A stretch of 64,000 nucleotides of DNA from NCBI GenBank assembly GCA_002269645.1, contig NIVC01001231.1, forward strand, positions 1 through 64,000, given 5' to 3'. Position 1 is the stretch's first letter, and each line of letters opens with the position of its first letter. Origin of the DNA: Macrostomum lignano. Taxonomy: Eukaryota. The notes under the pieces are model-generated. The model had not been told where the DNA came from. It saw only the letters and a program-made list of their open reading frames with translations, and ran no database searches. Of the stretch, positions 63,625 through 64,000 are shown one piece after another. The position numbers were made by a program, and so were the translations under genes.

Positions 63625-64000
63625 CTGCAATGAAAGCAAACAGAAAAAAGCCCGGACATTGTAGACAAGAATATAATCTATTCAATATAAAGTCGTAGTC
63701 ACATACATATACATGCAGAATACAAAGTGAGTAAATTAAAAATGCATGTAATAACTAACACCCAGGCCACTGCACAGGTAGGTAAAAAGCTGACTCAATT
63801 CTGCGCGCAGTCTAACTAACCCCCCCCCCCTACGCAACTCCGTCCCACTGTCTGCCCACTTTCCCGCGATCTGGAGCCGCGCCGGGTGACTCAGTTGAAG
63901 CCGAAAAGCAGCAATACAGAAGAAGAAGAGGAAGGAGGGAAGAGAGGCACTATTAGGTAGGCCAAGGTGCAGTCTAAGGTGAACTGGCAACCTGAGGCCT

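Overview
Eukaryotic (metazoan) genomic DNA with GC-rich exons, GT-AG introns and nearly every longer intron filled by its own minisatellite. The style suggests a flatworm such as Macrostomum (inference only). Left to right: (1) the 5' part of a large Dachsous/Fat-type cadherin gene (minus, 4 exons, 13688 to 2722, continuing past base 1), with a ~640-aa intronless ORF of unknown function nested antisense in intron 1; (2) a degenerate MITE with a 9-bp target-site duplication; (3) a 3-exon gene for a small tail-anchored, possibly KASH-like protein; (4) an intact Mag-like Ty3/Gypsy LTR element with apparently identical LTRs; (5) a second copy of the unknown ORF; (6) FCF1/UTP24; (7) an unknown plus-strand gene and an NHL-repeat minus-strand gene whose convergent last exons lie in a ~2.24-kb cassette repeated three times in tandem; (8) a MARK/PAR-1 kinase gene (minus, 6 exons in the window, 5' end beyond 64000), with a second young Ty3/Gypsy element inserted in an intronic minisatellite and a probable 3'UTR intron made of a 3-kb satellite. 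The second element has a clear -1 frameshift pseudoknot and one nonsense codon in RT. Single-base frameshifts in the GC-richest exons look like long-read assembly errors. No rRNA, tRNA or CRISPR features were found. Repeat-array boundaries and copy numbers are approximate.
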